From Trichoplax adhaerens (lineage: Eukaryota; Animalia; Placozoa), in assembly GCF_000150275.1 (NCBI RefSeq), contig NW_002060947.1, positions 6,943,677 through 7,007,676 on the forward strand: a stretch of 64,000 bases of DNA, written 5' to 3'. The notes beneath the pieces were generated by a model. That model was not told the origin of the DNA, searched no databases, and saw only the letters and a list, made by a program, of their open reading frames with translations. Position numbers and translations under genes: made by a program. Positions 1-12,721 of this stretch are shown here, piece after piece (position 1 is the stretch's first letter; each line of letters opens with the position of its first letter).

Positions 1-530
1 TTGTTGATCTCAGCTCTTGACGTCGTTGATTCTTTTTTTTTTTTTTTATTTTTCAACTTTTTCTTCCACTTACCAGCTGCATCCAGTGGTCGTATCGTGT
101 TGTTTTACTACTGAACATTTGCATTCTACTCCATTAGACTTGATATAGAACACAAGTAGAAGTAATTGAACGCAACTAATTTCTTATTTGGCTGTTGTTG
201 ATCTCAGCTCTTGGCGTCGTTGATTCTTTTTTTTTATTTTATTTTTCAACTTTTTTTCCCACTTACCAGCTGCATCCAGTGGTCGTATCGTGTTGTTTTA
301 CTACTGAACATTTGCATTCTACTCCATTAGACTTGATATAGAACACAAGTAGAAGTAATTGAACGCAACTAATTTCTTATTTGGCTGTTGTTGATCTCAG
401 CTCTTGACGTCGTTGATTCTTTTTTTTATTTTATTTTTTAACTTTTTTTCCCACTACTGAACATTTGCATTCTACTCCATTAGACTGGATATAGAACACA
501 AGTAGAAGTAATTGAACGCTGCTAATTTGT
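1..530. repeat. Tandem repeat, ~194-bp unit, ~2.7 copies (runs off the window start)
   Basis: TTGTTGATCTCAGCTCTTG starts at 1, 195 and 388. The third copy has an internal deletion. Confidence 0.95.
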
Positions 531-969
531 CATTTTGACCACCATCATTAGTCTAATTTTGTAGCCTGCAAAGGTAGGGGGTAAATTGACAATACCCAGG
601 GTATTCTTGACTCACCAGGAGTGGATTCAAGACAACGTTCCAGTATAGGAATGGATCTGCTGTATCATACGCCTAGTGATGGATCATCTGGCTTGATTTT
701 AATTGCCACTTGATAGTGTTGTCTATGGGATTACTAGTCCTGTATTCGACGCTTGACTGCCTATTTTCAGGCGATGCACCGCGACTGGTCTTGGATACCC
801 CCCCCCCCAGAGAACAATGCTATAGCAGGTATATGTTTCATACGACAGCGATCATACCAGTCTGTACCATAGAAATGGGATCGCTGTCGTCCATGCAAAC
901 TCCATGGCAAGAAAACCTTCTACAATGGATGTCATTGGAACGGCATTGAGCAAACCCTTATGGCGAATC

Positions 970-2275
970 GTTGACAGGTGTTGCACTTAAGCAGCAACTT
1001 TGACAAGAGAATAAACTATTGAAACGGATTAAACTAATGATATTCAGCCCTGCCACAATGGCTGTCTGTTCACAAGTCAGAAAATTGTTTCTTCTCTTTA
1101 CAAATGAGTGAAAAATTCCATCCAAATACATGCCAATTCCTAGTTGTATAAAGTAAATGGACTGCGGTCGGTTGTATAATCTGTGTCAAGATTGTAACCA
1201 AGACTACAAAATGCAATTTTTCTGTTCAAAGCAATAGCATACAATTCTGCAGTATCAAATATGTCTAATCTTCAACAAGAGGATAAACTAGCTATTGAAA
1301 CGGATTGAACTAATGATATTCAGCCCTGCCACAATGGCTGTCTGTTCACAAGTCAGAAAATTGTTTCTTCTCTTACAAATGAGTGAAAAATTCCATCCAA
1401 ATACATGCCAATTCCTCGTTGTAGTAAGTAAATGGACTGCGGTCGGTTGTATAATCTGTGTCAAGATTGTAACCAAGACTACAAAATGCAATTTTTCTGT
1501 TCAAAGCAATAACATACAATTCTGCAGTATCAAATATGTCTAATCTTCAACAAGAGGATAAACTAGCTAGTGAAACGGATTGAACTAATGATATTCAGCC
1601 CTGCCACAATGGCTGTCTGTTCACAAGTCAGAAAATTGTTTCTTCTCTTTACAAATGAGTGAAAAATTCCATCCAAATACATGCCAATTCCTCGTTGTAG
1701 TAAGCAAATGGACTGCGGTCGGTTGTATAATCTGTGTCAAGATTGTAACCAAGACTACAAAATGCAATTTTTCTGTTCAAAGCATAACATACAATTCTGC
1801 AGTATCAAGGAAATAACTACAACAACTTTCAGTCTGGCTTGAATTCCATTTCTATCCAACGGTCATGACCGTCAATGCTGTCTTGCATGGCAGACGTTTA
1901 TGTCTAATCTTGGACAGGTGTTGAACTCAAGCAGGAACTTGGACATGAGGATAAAGTGTTGAAACTGATTTTATTATGATATTCAACACTGTCACAATGG
2001 CTGTCTATTGAGAAGTGAGCAGATTGTCTCTTGACCTTAAAATGAGTGGAAAATTGTATCCCAAATAATTCTCATTCCTAGTCATACAAAGGAAATCGAC
2101 TATTGTCGGTTATACACTCTCTCTGTCAAGATTGTAACCAAGACTACAAATGCTTTCACACAATCATTTTATTCAAGGGAATAATATACAACACAGTAGT
2201 ATCAGGTAAACAAGTAGAATAACTTTCAACCTGGCTTGAACTGATTTCCATCCACTGGTCACGATCGTTTTAATG
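970..2275. repeat. Tandem repeat, ~275-bp unit x3 near-identical, plus one diverged copy
   Basis: GAAACGGATT..ACTAATGATATTCAGCCCTGCCACAATGGCTG recurs at ~1020, ~1297 and ~1572; a diverged copy spans ~1911-2275. Copies differ by 1-bp indels, so the repeat is non-coding. Confidence 0.92.
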
Positions 2276-2786
2276 CTGTATAGTAGTATAATGTCTTCCA
2301 TTGCGGACGGTTGAGCTGGTTGCACCAGGGTACATATTTGTAAAAACTGCAGTAAGAAGGTGTTATTGGATCGTTGATAATCCTATCAAAATAACTTGAA
2401 TAGGAAACCACTTCTTATTGCTTTAATTAACCTTTAATTTCTCTTCCAAACAAGACGTCTCCTTTTTTCTGTTCGAAATCAAATATCAGCATACTGTTAT
2501 GATTGTTTGTGGTCTATTTCTCATACTAGTGCTTGAACTTGGACGACAAGGATAAAATAACGCTTAGTCAAATGACGCCTATCAGTGACGAATTGCGTCC
2601 ACTTTTTTTGACTAATAATCAGTATCTTAGACACCTAGGCGAGGAATCATCGATACATTGACCTACCGAATTTGGACATCATTTTGATATCCTGTAATAT
2701 TGGCTATGAGGCAATCAACAATGAAAGACAATCTTGCTAGCTACGCTTTATTAATGGATTGCATTATTTTACTTTGATACTTTTAG

Positions 2787-5700
2787 ATTCGTAGCCTACG
2801 GTATACTATCAATTTAACTGAAAATAGTATTGAATCATTGAATCAACGATTTTCGGGTGGAAGACAAAATTCACCGAACTATTCTGAGGTAAGTTGAATT
2901 GTACATTTACCCTGCTTACACTATATTCAAATAGAAATCTACTACATGAACGATCACTGCCTATTTTAATGTACAATGATATCGTCCCAAATGCGTTACT
3001 GTAAATTGTATGAATTTCCTTACTATTGCCTAATATGCGTAAATGAATCGATAATATCACGTCTTAACTAGTCAAATATCCAGAATCAAAAATTTACAAA
3101 TCATATGGCCCTAAAACTTACAACACTTACTCTCATTGTTGTATCTCTTCTGTTCGTCTTTCTGCTCTTTATGATGGGTTACAGTTACACCTGTAAAGTA
3201 CAATAAAATTAGCTTGCGTCATAGTACTTACATTTTAACTAATCAATATCAACTGAACATAGAAATATAGATTATGATATCGTTATACGTTCAATAAACT
3301 CTTGTATTTTGTTTATTATATCTTTTACCAATAGGAAATCAACGATTTACAAAATAGACTAGCTGCTTTAAAAGCACGCTTACGCCATCTAACTGATCAA
3401 AGAAGTAATGGTCGTGCTCCTACAAGTACTACCAATAGCTGGAACAGCAATGATAGTAGTCAAGGTAATTCAACGTCTCAATCATTGCCACCAATAAAGC
3501 GTGGCCAATTACGAGCCTACCTACCAAATGAGCAAAGGACTGTGGTAAGCATTGTAAAACTTAGTGTACGTTTCTATTATGGTCTTAATAATAGTTGATA
3601 AATAAGACTCATTTCAATTCATAACAGACTATAAACCCTGTTCTTGTTAGCTGACCTAGCAAAAGCTCTACACATTTGATATTTAACTGGTAATGTAGTG
3701 TTGTACTGCATACTTTTAAAATAATCTAGCGTCACTGTGATGTCACTCTAAAATATGATTATAGCAGTTTTTCAATTTGGCTAATTTTTTTTATGAACCG
3801 TTAGTTGCTCAACATAATAAGTCATAGGGGCCCTAAGAAAGTAACCATACGTATATGTTGTTGCGCGTGTATGATGATAGTTTTAAAAACCAAGTATACT
3901 TGTATTGAAAATTTTGCTCTGTAAAATATTCACTACTACATATGTTAGATAGAAAGCATGTACAGTCCAATCTTTTAAGGATTGATAATATATCAACAAT
4001 ATTAAATTATGAATGATATGGCAAAACTATTTCTACCAAGTCATTTTCTATACTTTCAGAACACTAACTGACTTTCACTATGCTCACTATTGAAGTACTA
4101 ATTTGCGCTCATTAACATATTTTACATTGTGCAGCATATGTCGTCTAATTAAATTATCACGTCAACATAATTCTTAAATAAATAATCTCTTGTTAAATTT
4201 GTTAGCATCACTAGATTATGTAGGCTTACAGCGAAGTATAAATTGATCATATCGTGCAGTTTCAATGATGTTTCATCCAATGACTTATCTACTATATACT
4301 TCATTTTATTCTTATTGGTAGTTTATGCAGTTGGTAACAATGTCACAACGCAAATTAGGCACTAGAAATAATAGTATCACCTTTTAAAACTAGGTACAAG
4401 TTAAACCTGGCGTAACCTTGCGTTCCGCATTGACTAAAGCGATGAAAATGCGTGGATTGCAACCTGAAACTTGCGAAGTTTATAAATTTCGATCGCGGTA
4501 AGTCAGTCACCTGGTAATGTTTGGATAATGTACCCGTATTCACTTGCTAGACCCATACTGCACTTGAATGTAATTCAACAGCCCTAGAAATTGGACTGAG
4601 CTGGAGATATCGTTATAATACAATATCTTCATGCAAGAATGTCATGTATTACAACGATATAGTGACACTATGGTCTCAGTTACATGATGGTGTATTATAT
4701 ACTGAAGCAATAAAAAGACTTCTAATTAGTACGGTGTTATAATTCAATCGATTATCATGTAGGACTCCTATCGATTGGGAAACTGACATGGCGGTCCTTG
4801 AAGGTGGAGAGGTAAGAAACAATCGCTGCAATCTTTTTTCCAGTTTATCGATTTAAGTACAGCACATTTTACAACTTTATTACGTTTCATTTAAATCAAA
4901 AGAATTAAAAAACTATAGATCTGCTTTCACATAGATCATAAATTCGATATTTAAATATGATTGCTGTTTCTTTCCGATAAATACCTTATCTATTTCTAAC
5001 TTCAAAAGCCCTCTCAAACACTTTCTAGGAAAAGAGAATTTGTCGTTAACTATTAGTTCCGTTATCTCATGTTTCTTTTTTATCTGCTTACAGTAAAAAT
5101 GTATGCTTTGCCAGATCTCGGATCACATGAATATTAATTTGCTCTGTTATGTCCATTTTCACGTGTAGATTTCAGTTGAAATTAGAGAACAGTTCTTAGA
5201 AGCCACTGGCATAAAACATTACTTTGTAAGTACCTTGTATCGCTTGTTATCCTAGTAAAATTGAGCATGGCTGATTATAATTTATTGATTAAGTTGCATG
5301 ATTGGCGCTTACTAAATTGCAATGTAACTTACCTTTTTCTAACCAACTGCAGGTAAAGAAAACCTTTTTAACACCTACTTTATGTAACAGTTGTCATCGC
5401 TTACTCATTCAAGGATACAGGTTTAATTACATATAATATAACTTTAAATCACCATATGTATGATTACATGATACTTGAATTAAAAAAATCTGCCTACATC
5501 AAACCAACTCTTAACGTAATCTAGATAATAGATCATACAAATCAAAATTATTATGATTTACTTTGTATCATTATAATTTTGCAATAGATGCCAACGTTGT
5601 GGATTTCGATTCCATCCCAAATGTGATGCTTATGTACCAGCGATATGCGTTCAAAATGGAAATAGCCACGTCATTCAGTGGTGAGTTAATCAATCCATTC

Positions 5701-8270
5701 ATGGTTGTAATTTTATAGTGGAAACATAAATTTATTGTAAATGATTTCAATTTTTATGTTGTTGTGATCACACTAGGATGTTAGCTAATGAAAATAGGGC
5801 TGTTAAAATAAAGACGGTTGAAGACCCTAATCGTCCTGTCCCTGCACTTCCATTAACTCCTGAATCACGTATTCGGTCAACTTCTTCACCCAATGTTAAT
5901 ATGGATATAGATCAGGTAAGGGTATTGATTGTTTTCATTTTCTTTTCAATAGTTTTAATTAATTCTACGTATCAAGAATTTGTGTTACTTCTATTTATCG
6001 TTGGATAAAGAACTAAATAATAACTAGAGTATTTTTGCTACTTGTAGAAAAATTTGAGAAATACGGTGCCGTTACAAGGTATTGAATTTATTTAAATAGT
6101 TAATATACATAATTTATAATGAATTTGCATTCAAATCAAGATTGTCCTTTATGATGTATACCATGTGTTTGGTAGTAGAAAGAATCTCTTATCATGGTTT
6201 TATAATTTATCTCAGTAGGAATACGTTCAACAGATACAAAGCTTTCCACTGTTGATTCGATAACTCTTCCCAGGCCAAATAACATTCCAATACGCTCCCA
6301 ATCACGGCCGCCCACCAATCTCATTAGGCCGACGGTAATAATTTCTCCTAATGAATCATCAAATCCTACGCAAGTATCTTTCGCAGATGCTAAAGCAGCC
6401 GAACGTGTGATAGTTTCAAAAGAGACTTTATTACCAAAACCTGAAGATGATGCAAATTCTGGACGATCAAGGTCCAAATCAAGTCCAGACGAAATGCGTC
6501 TTGTTAGTACAAAATTATTTAATCTTTTTCTCTATAGGAGAAATAGCATTGGCTAAATTATCTAAGTACTTACAATTTAAATCATTCCTGTTACATAGCC
6601 TCGCAAGCGACATGCGAGAACAAGTGATGACTGGGAAATTGCACAATCCGATATTACAATTGGACCAAGGATTGGATCCGGTTCATATGGAACAGTATTC
6701 AAAGGACATTGGCATGGTTCGAATTAAAACTGAATTTCGAAATGCTACTGATAGATAGACGAATATATCGGTTATAACTTCTATCTGATCTTTCTATTAT
6801 AGGACCTGTTGCAATAAAAAAGCTTAATGTTACAGATCCTACCCCATCCCAACTACAGGCTTTTAAGAATGAAGTTACGGTTTTAAGGTGAACTAAATTT
6901 ACTTAGCAATGTTGCAATGATCAAATATTGAAGAGTAATATGTCCTCATATATTGCTGTACGTTCTTTATTCATATTATTATTTATACCTAGGAAAACAC
7001 GACATGTAAACGTTTTATTGTTCATGGGTGTAATGTCCAAACCCTTCTTAGCCATCGTTACACAGTGGTGTGAAGGATCAAGTCTTTATCGCCACTTGCA
7101 TGTAATGGAAACTAAATTTGAAATGCTACAGATTACGGAAATAGCCAGGCAGACAGCGCAAGGAATGGAGTATGTTATCAAAGTCTCGATTTAATCTTAA
7201 AATAATAAATGTTACTTTATGATTGGCTATCTATATACAGAGTATTAATTTTATTGTCTGTCGTAAAATCTTATCTTACAGTTATTTACATGCGAAGTTC
7301 ATCATTCATCGGGATTTAAAATCAAATAGTATCCTAAAACTGTTAATAGACCGTATATGTTTGCAAATACTACTGATTATACTTTTAAATTTGCTCTCTA
7401 ATTTTATTTGATCCAATCGCATTATTTTATTGTATTTCTTAACGATTCGAAGACATCTTTTTACATGATGATTTAACTGTAAAAATTGGAGATTTTGGTT
7501 TAGCAACTGTGAAATCAAGATGGAGCACATGTCAAGATAGTGAACAACCGTCTGGCTCTATATTATGGATGGTAGATGCATTTTCACTCAACTTAATTTC
7601 ACGTTATAGATTTAGTCACTATTTAACATGAATATGTTTGTGCAGGCGCCGGAGGTCATGAGGATGCAGGACGTTACACCGTACACGGTCAGGTCAGATA
7701 TCTATAGCTTTGGCATGGTGTTACTTGAATTAACAACAGGAGAACTGCCGTATTCTCAAAAGAGCAGAGATCAGGTAAATGCAGATGAATGTATAATATC
7801 GATATTACAATTACTAAAAAATGTAAATTCATACTTTATCTATACAAGATAATATTTATGGTTGGATGTGGACTTTTGAAGCCAAACTTGAATCAGTGTA
7901 GACCGGAAACACCTAAACATTTGAAAGCAATAATATCAGACTGTTGTAAATATTCTCGAGATGAGCGCCCAGATTTTGCTCAGGTAAGATATATCTATTT
8001 TCGTCAATACGAAGCGAATTGCTAATTGCATTTCGTAGAAGGATTTTAACACCGATAATATCTGTCGCTTCTGCAATTTAGGTGTTGGGGGTACTGGAAA
8101 ATTTGGCGCAAGATATCCCAAAAATCCATCGTAGTATGTCAGAACCGATGATAAACAGACCAGATGATGCATTAAGTATTGTTGGCACTCCAAAATCGCC
8201 AATTCCCAGTGCTTATGGGAACTTTTCATTTTTATCCAATACGAATACAATTGATAGCAAAATGACTTAA
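2787..8270 (+). CDS. BRAF: RAF serine/threonine kinase, B-Raf type (multi-exon; start-codon exon not identified, lies upstream of 2787)
   Basis: Exons (approx.): 2787-2888, 3335-3544, 4394-4497, 4763-4811, 5169-5225, 5353-5420, 5588-5680, 5777-5914, 6048-6078, 6219-~6502, 6599-6716, 6803-6887, 6993-7169, 7282-7328, 7453-7571, 7646-7774, 7849-7983, 8082-8270. Motifs: RBD ([22 protein letters not shown]), C1 (HYF..CNSC..CQRC..HPKC), CR2 RSTSSPNV, kinase [32 protein letters not shown], and C-terminal RSMSEP. Confidence 0.96.
7329..7452 (+). other. Probable U12-type (minor spliceosome) intron in RAF
   Basis: Donor GTATCCTA; branch-point-like TTCTTAAC at 7436-7443, 9 nt before the exon; no polypyrimidine tract. 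It interrupts KSN/N-IFLH. Confidence 0.85.
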
Positions 8271-10544
8271 GTATTATGATACTATATCCGTTTTATATTA
8301 AACTCATGTAAAATCGCGAAAAAATCATATTTTAAACTTCTGTACTAATTCTGTAAAATAAGATACGTTTGTTAGATAGTGTAATGGGAAAATTTACTTT
8401 CCCGTGCGAAGGATTAAAAGATTTCCTATCTTCAAGATGAAATGTAATATAAAAATTTAAAGACAAAGAGTTTTTAATTATTTATTCAGTATGACACGTA
8501 ATCATAACTTTTTTCCTAGCCGGGAACATTACGACGGTAATTTTACATAATTACTGCATTATTAACGAAATACGCAGTGCTTTAAGAAAAAAAATTGAAA
8601 ATAATTTACTCTATTAATCAATTGTAAATGATACCAAATTTGCTGATATAACTTTACGAAGGTGAGGAATAATTATTATAGGACTCTGCTGCATTTTTGC
8701 ACAGAGTGATGAAATTTACTACCGATATTACATTATACCGTACTATTTATAACAACTTTATTACAAGATATACATTATTATCGCAGATGCTTATTTTAAG
8801 ATGTGTTACTTATCATCGTGATGTTGTTTCTGCGCAATTTACTGCTTACTATATATGTATTTTAACTGTTCGGATAAAGTTAATGTGGCGCTGCCTGTTT
8901 TACCGCAACATTAATTCTCTACTATTATACGCCTATGTACATGAATAAGACTATGAATACCGTGGGTTAAATATGTATAGCTCTTTAAGCCTGATTCTTA
9001 ACCCGAACTAAGTAAAATTACACTTCTCTCTATTGAAATGCTATAAAACTATTAAATGGTGTTACTTGTCTACAATATCATCGTTCCTAGACGAAATTAA
9101 TGACACGAGATCTGTATAGTTTCTTATTTGATGAAATCATTACATAAGAAATTATACAGACCCCCTATCATTAGTTTACCTTATTAATTAAATTTCAAAT
9201 AGGAACATATCGACACTATTCGTAAGCTAACATCGTTAACCTAAAAGATTGAAATCTGCTATTTCTGGCTAGCTTAAAAAATTTGAAGCGCTACCTATAT
9301 TGTTGTATTTGAAAATAGTAATATTTATATGTTTCCGAATTCTAAGTTGTTTCGTCTGCATTTGTAATAAACCCTTTACAATTTGTCTGTAATATATGCG
9401 TTGACGTTAGTATTGTTCAACAGTTTTGGAGTATTGTTGCCTAGTTGACGTACATACCCGTATGTGGATTTAAGAGGAGAATCATAATTCTCTTAGCAGG
9501 AATAGCTTTAATTTACTTTCTATAACTTCGGTAGAAAATACGAATGAATTACTTTGTAATGGTATTTATTATATACGTATCAAGTAGCTACATTATGCGA
9601 GATGATAAGCTGAAATGAGCTGCAGTATATGCGAATGTCACTTAGAATAACAATTTATTTTATGGCAACATTTAGTATTATTCTTGCCTAAGTGACTACA
9701 ATTCATTAGCACAGCATTCAACGGTTTCATATTCCGACGTAAGTTTATTGTAAGCACAGCCCTTTCAAGATGAATAAAGCTGCGGAAGACATTAGCAGAG
9801 GTGCACAAGAAGTATTTCCAGAGTGATTAGATGGAAAGTTATACAAAGTTTATACGTGTAGAAATCTAAAGTGGTTGGCAAAACTAATCACTATTAACTA
9901 ATGAATTCTATAGTGATGTTGAATAATATTCTAAGTGATACGATCATATTACGCGCGTACAGTAGTGTCCAGTTAATACGCGTATAAGTAAAATAACTGC
10001 TAGTGTTAATTTGTTCAGAGTTACCGCTAATTATATCTTTTTAATTTCTTCAATCTCATTAGCCTCTAATATACTACAATCTCCAAGTCTAATATTATGT
10101 TTATAAGGTTTTAATACGGCGCATCGCATGATTCATACAAAAACATTGTTATTATACTGAATAGTTAGCTATTTGAAAATAATTCGATTTGAAACCTATC
10201 TTGACTTCAGAAATAGCAAGACCATCCATCTAGTATTGTAATACATTCAATTTATTTTGATGGCATAAGTTAATAACATTAACAAGATCTTACTATAACA
10301 ATAACTTGGGTATATTATACGTAAGTCGATTAAAACACAGCTATACGAACAATAAAAATTTGTTATATAAAATAAGATTAAACTATCCAATCCAACAATG
10401 CTACAAAATATGAAAAAGTCTTTAATGTAACATTTAGAAACCTCGCAAAAGTATGAATAATATACACTATTTATAGATATCATTTTTAGATATACACTGA
10501 TATTTGAACAATCTTGAATAGTATTGATTTTAAAGTACTATCGG

Positions 10545-12282
10545 CTATTTCAGTATCAAAATATATAGCGACATTGCTATACAACTAAGGGACACCATCC
10601 AATGTAGCCTTGTGCCAATAATTGAAGCTACAGAAAAAAACATTAAGAAAACCTGCTTAAAAATTGCTAGAATGAATTTGTAAGGCATTCTATATACAGT
10701 AATAGAGATTTTACCATTCTACATCGATTACAAGTGTACATTTTCTCTTAATAAGTAAGTAAATTCTATGATTTCGTGGTTCAATTAGGGTCATATGGTT
10801 TCAAAATCTCTCAATTTTATATATATTCAGTGGATTTGTTTCGTAGCAACAATATCCGTTTATTTATTTGGTTTCGACTAACCTAAGTATTATATCACTA
10901 TAATCTATTGCATAGGATAATAAAATTACTAAATCAAGCCAATGTACGCCACCTAAAGGCTTTTCTATCTGCTTATTCTTGTATAAAATCTAAGCTTTCT
11001 ATTTTATAACTATAATCAGGTCGATTCGAAAATGCATGACTTGTTTCGTTATAATAACGTCATTCTAAAGTACCGAGATTATTCTAAATGTAGTAATGTA
11101 TGAGAAATATTAATCTAATCGGTAAGTCTATCAATTTTAACTAGTCTATTCTTAACTATCCACAATTGGAAGTTTTCGGTATACTGTGTGATACTAATTG
11201 ACATTTTAAACCTATCAGTGGTGGCATTTTTTATGCAATTTAGCTACCTTTGTAAAGAACACCCATCAGACCTTTCTTCTCCGTTAATAGCCATTCTCGG
11301 AGTTTAGGAATATGTCTCATGTAAGCACAAGTACAGATTATTAGCAGGCCAATTGCTAGAACTCCATCAAAGCTATACGCTGTAAATAAACAGTGCCAAA
11401 ATAATTCAATCAACAACAAGTAATGAGGGAATATTAGATGCTATCGATTACTCTAGCACAGATATCGCCTCAAACAAAACTTTACTAGTCTATGAATATT
11501 GTAAATAATATCGATAGCACTCAATAAGGTAATTGTAAGCTACTAAATGTAGTCATTTAATGTTAACATGGAATGGTTGACTTGCTCACTTCTTTTCTTA
11601 GACAACAGGGACCATGATTCAAAATGGAGTATCAACATAACTCATCAACACTTAACTGGAAAAGCTTACAAGATACATCAAAGCAAGAGTTACTAGTTCA
11701 GTACAATGTTGCGACGTGCATGCTTCAGGTATCACTAAGGATTGAATTGGATGTCATGGAATAGGCATTTTTATATGATGATGATCAAAATCCTTGTATC
11801 TATTTGACGCCTCCATTACTTTACTTGTACAGTATGTTAAAACTATACTATACCAGTATACAGTATACTAGTAAAGTAGAAGGATCAAGTTTTTTAATCT
11901 TCCCTTATAAAAATTGCATTCTGCATAGTACAAGCTGGCAAACTAGACTAGACGATGATTATCAATGCTTGATGTAAAGGCTAATATCCAAAATAATAAC
12001 TACTCACTCCTTGGCAATCCACTGCCAGTTATTGAAGAGATTAATTACGACTACATCATGTAAACCGCTATTCATATCTGCATGCCAGCGGCATTCAAAC
12101 CCTATCAGCAAAGGTTTATTGGATAGAGAATCCATATTGGTCAATCATGATATTCTATATTATCCCCTAAAATATTCAATCTATACCCACGAATGCCTTA
12201 TCCCTATCCAGCTTGTGCTGAAGTTGTATACTATATATACGTTTAGAAGATCGTTTGAGTTAGCGTTATTACCATTGGTCAT
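10545..12282 (-). CDS. TMEM167B: Protein kish-B / TMEM167B (small secretory-pathway membrane protein, ~74 aa)
   Basis: Exons 12282-12273, 11379-11248 and 10627-10545 splice in frame to [74 protein letters not shown], matching the kish-B pattern (CTCAY, KKG..G..YKA..IGTRLH). Confidence 0.93.
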
Positions 12283-12721
12283 TCTTTCTTCTACTTGTTC
12301 TTGCAGCCACACAATCGATCAGCTCTATGGAAATAGTATCACCGAGTAGATGGAATACAGCGTCTTGGTTATGATTGAAGTATGCGTTACAAGGATTAGT
12401 GAGAATTTCCCTTTTAGTCGTTGTTGAAATCGCGGTGAGATGGACAGAAAGCTCTTAATGGTCGCTTCTACTGCTCTGCTGTATCAATCTAGCCGCCGGG
12501 TACTATATATTAGTACCATTCCGTCAGCATTGCATCGGATCGATGGACAAGTTATTCATACGATCTTGTAAACCCCTATCGTGCCTATACTGTAGGTACC
12601 AGCGATCATGCCGTTTAATCACTGGTAGAATAGTGCATAAAACTCTCCCGATGCAGCCATTGCAACCTTTCGATCGATGACCTAAGCGAACAAATGATGT
12701 TCAAAGCATAGTGGGTTTACA

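Noticed and set aside
1288-1543. ORFs of 67-82 aa in the 275-bp repeat
   Set aside because: Neighbouring copies carry 1-bp indels that break the frame, and there is no recognisable domain.
6136-6477. 113-aa minus-strand ORF
   Set aside because: Antisense shadow of a RAF linker exon.
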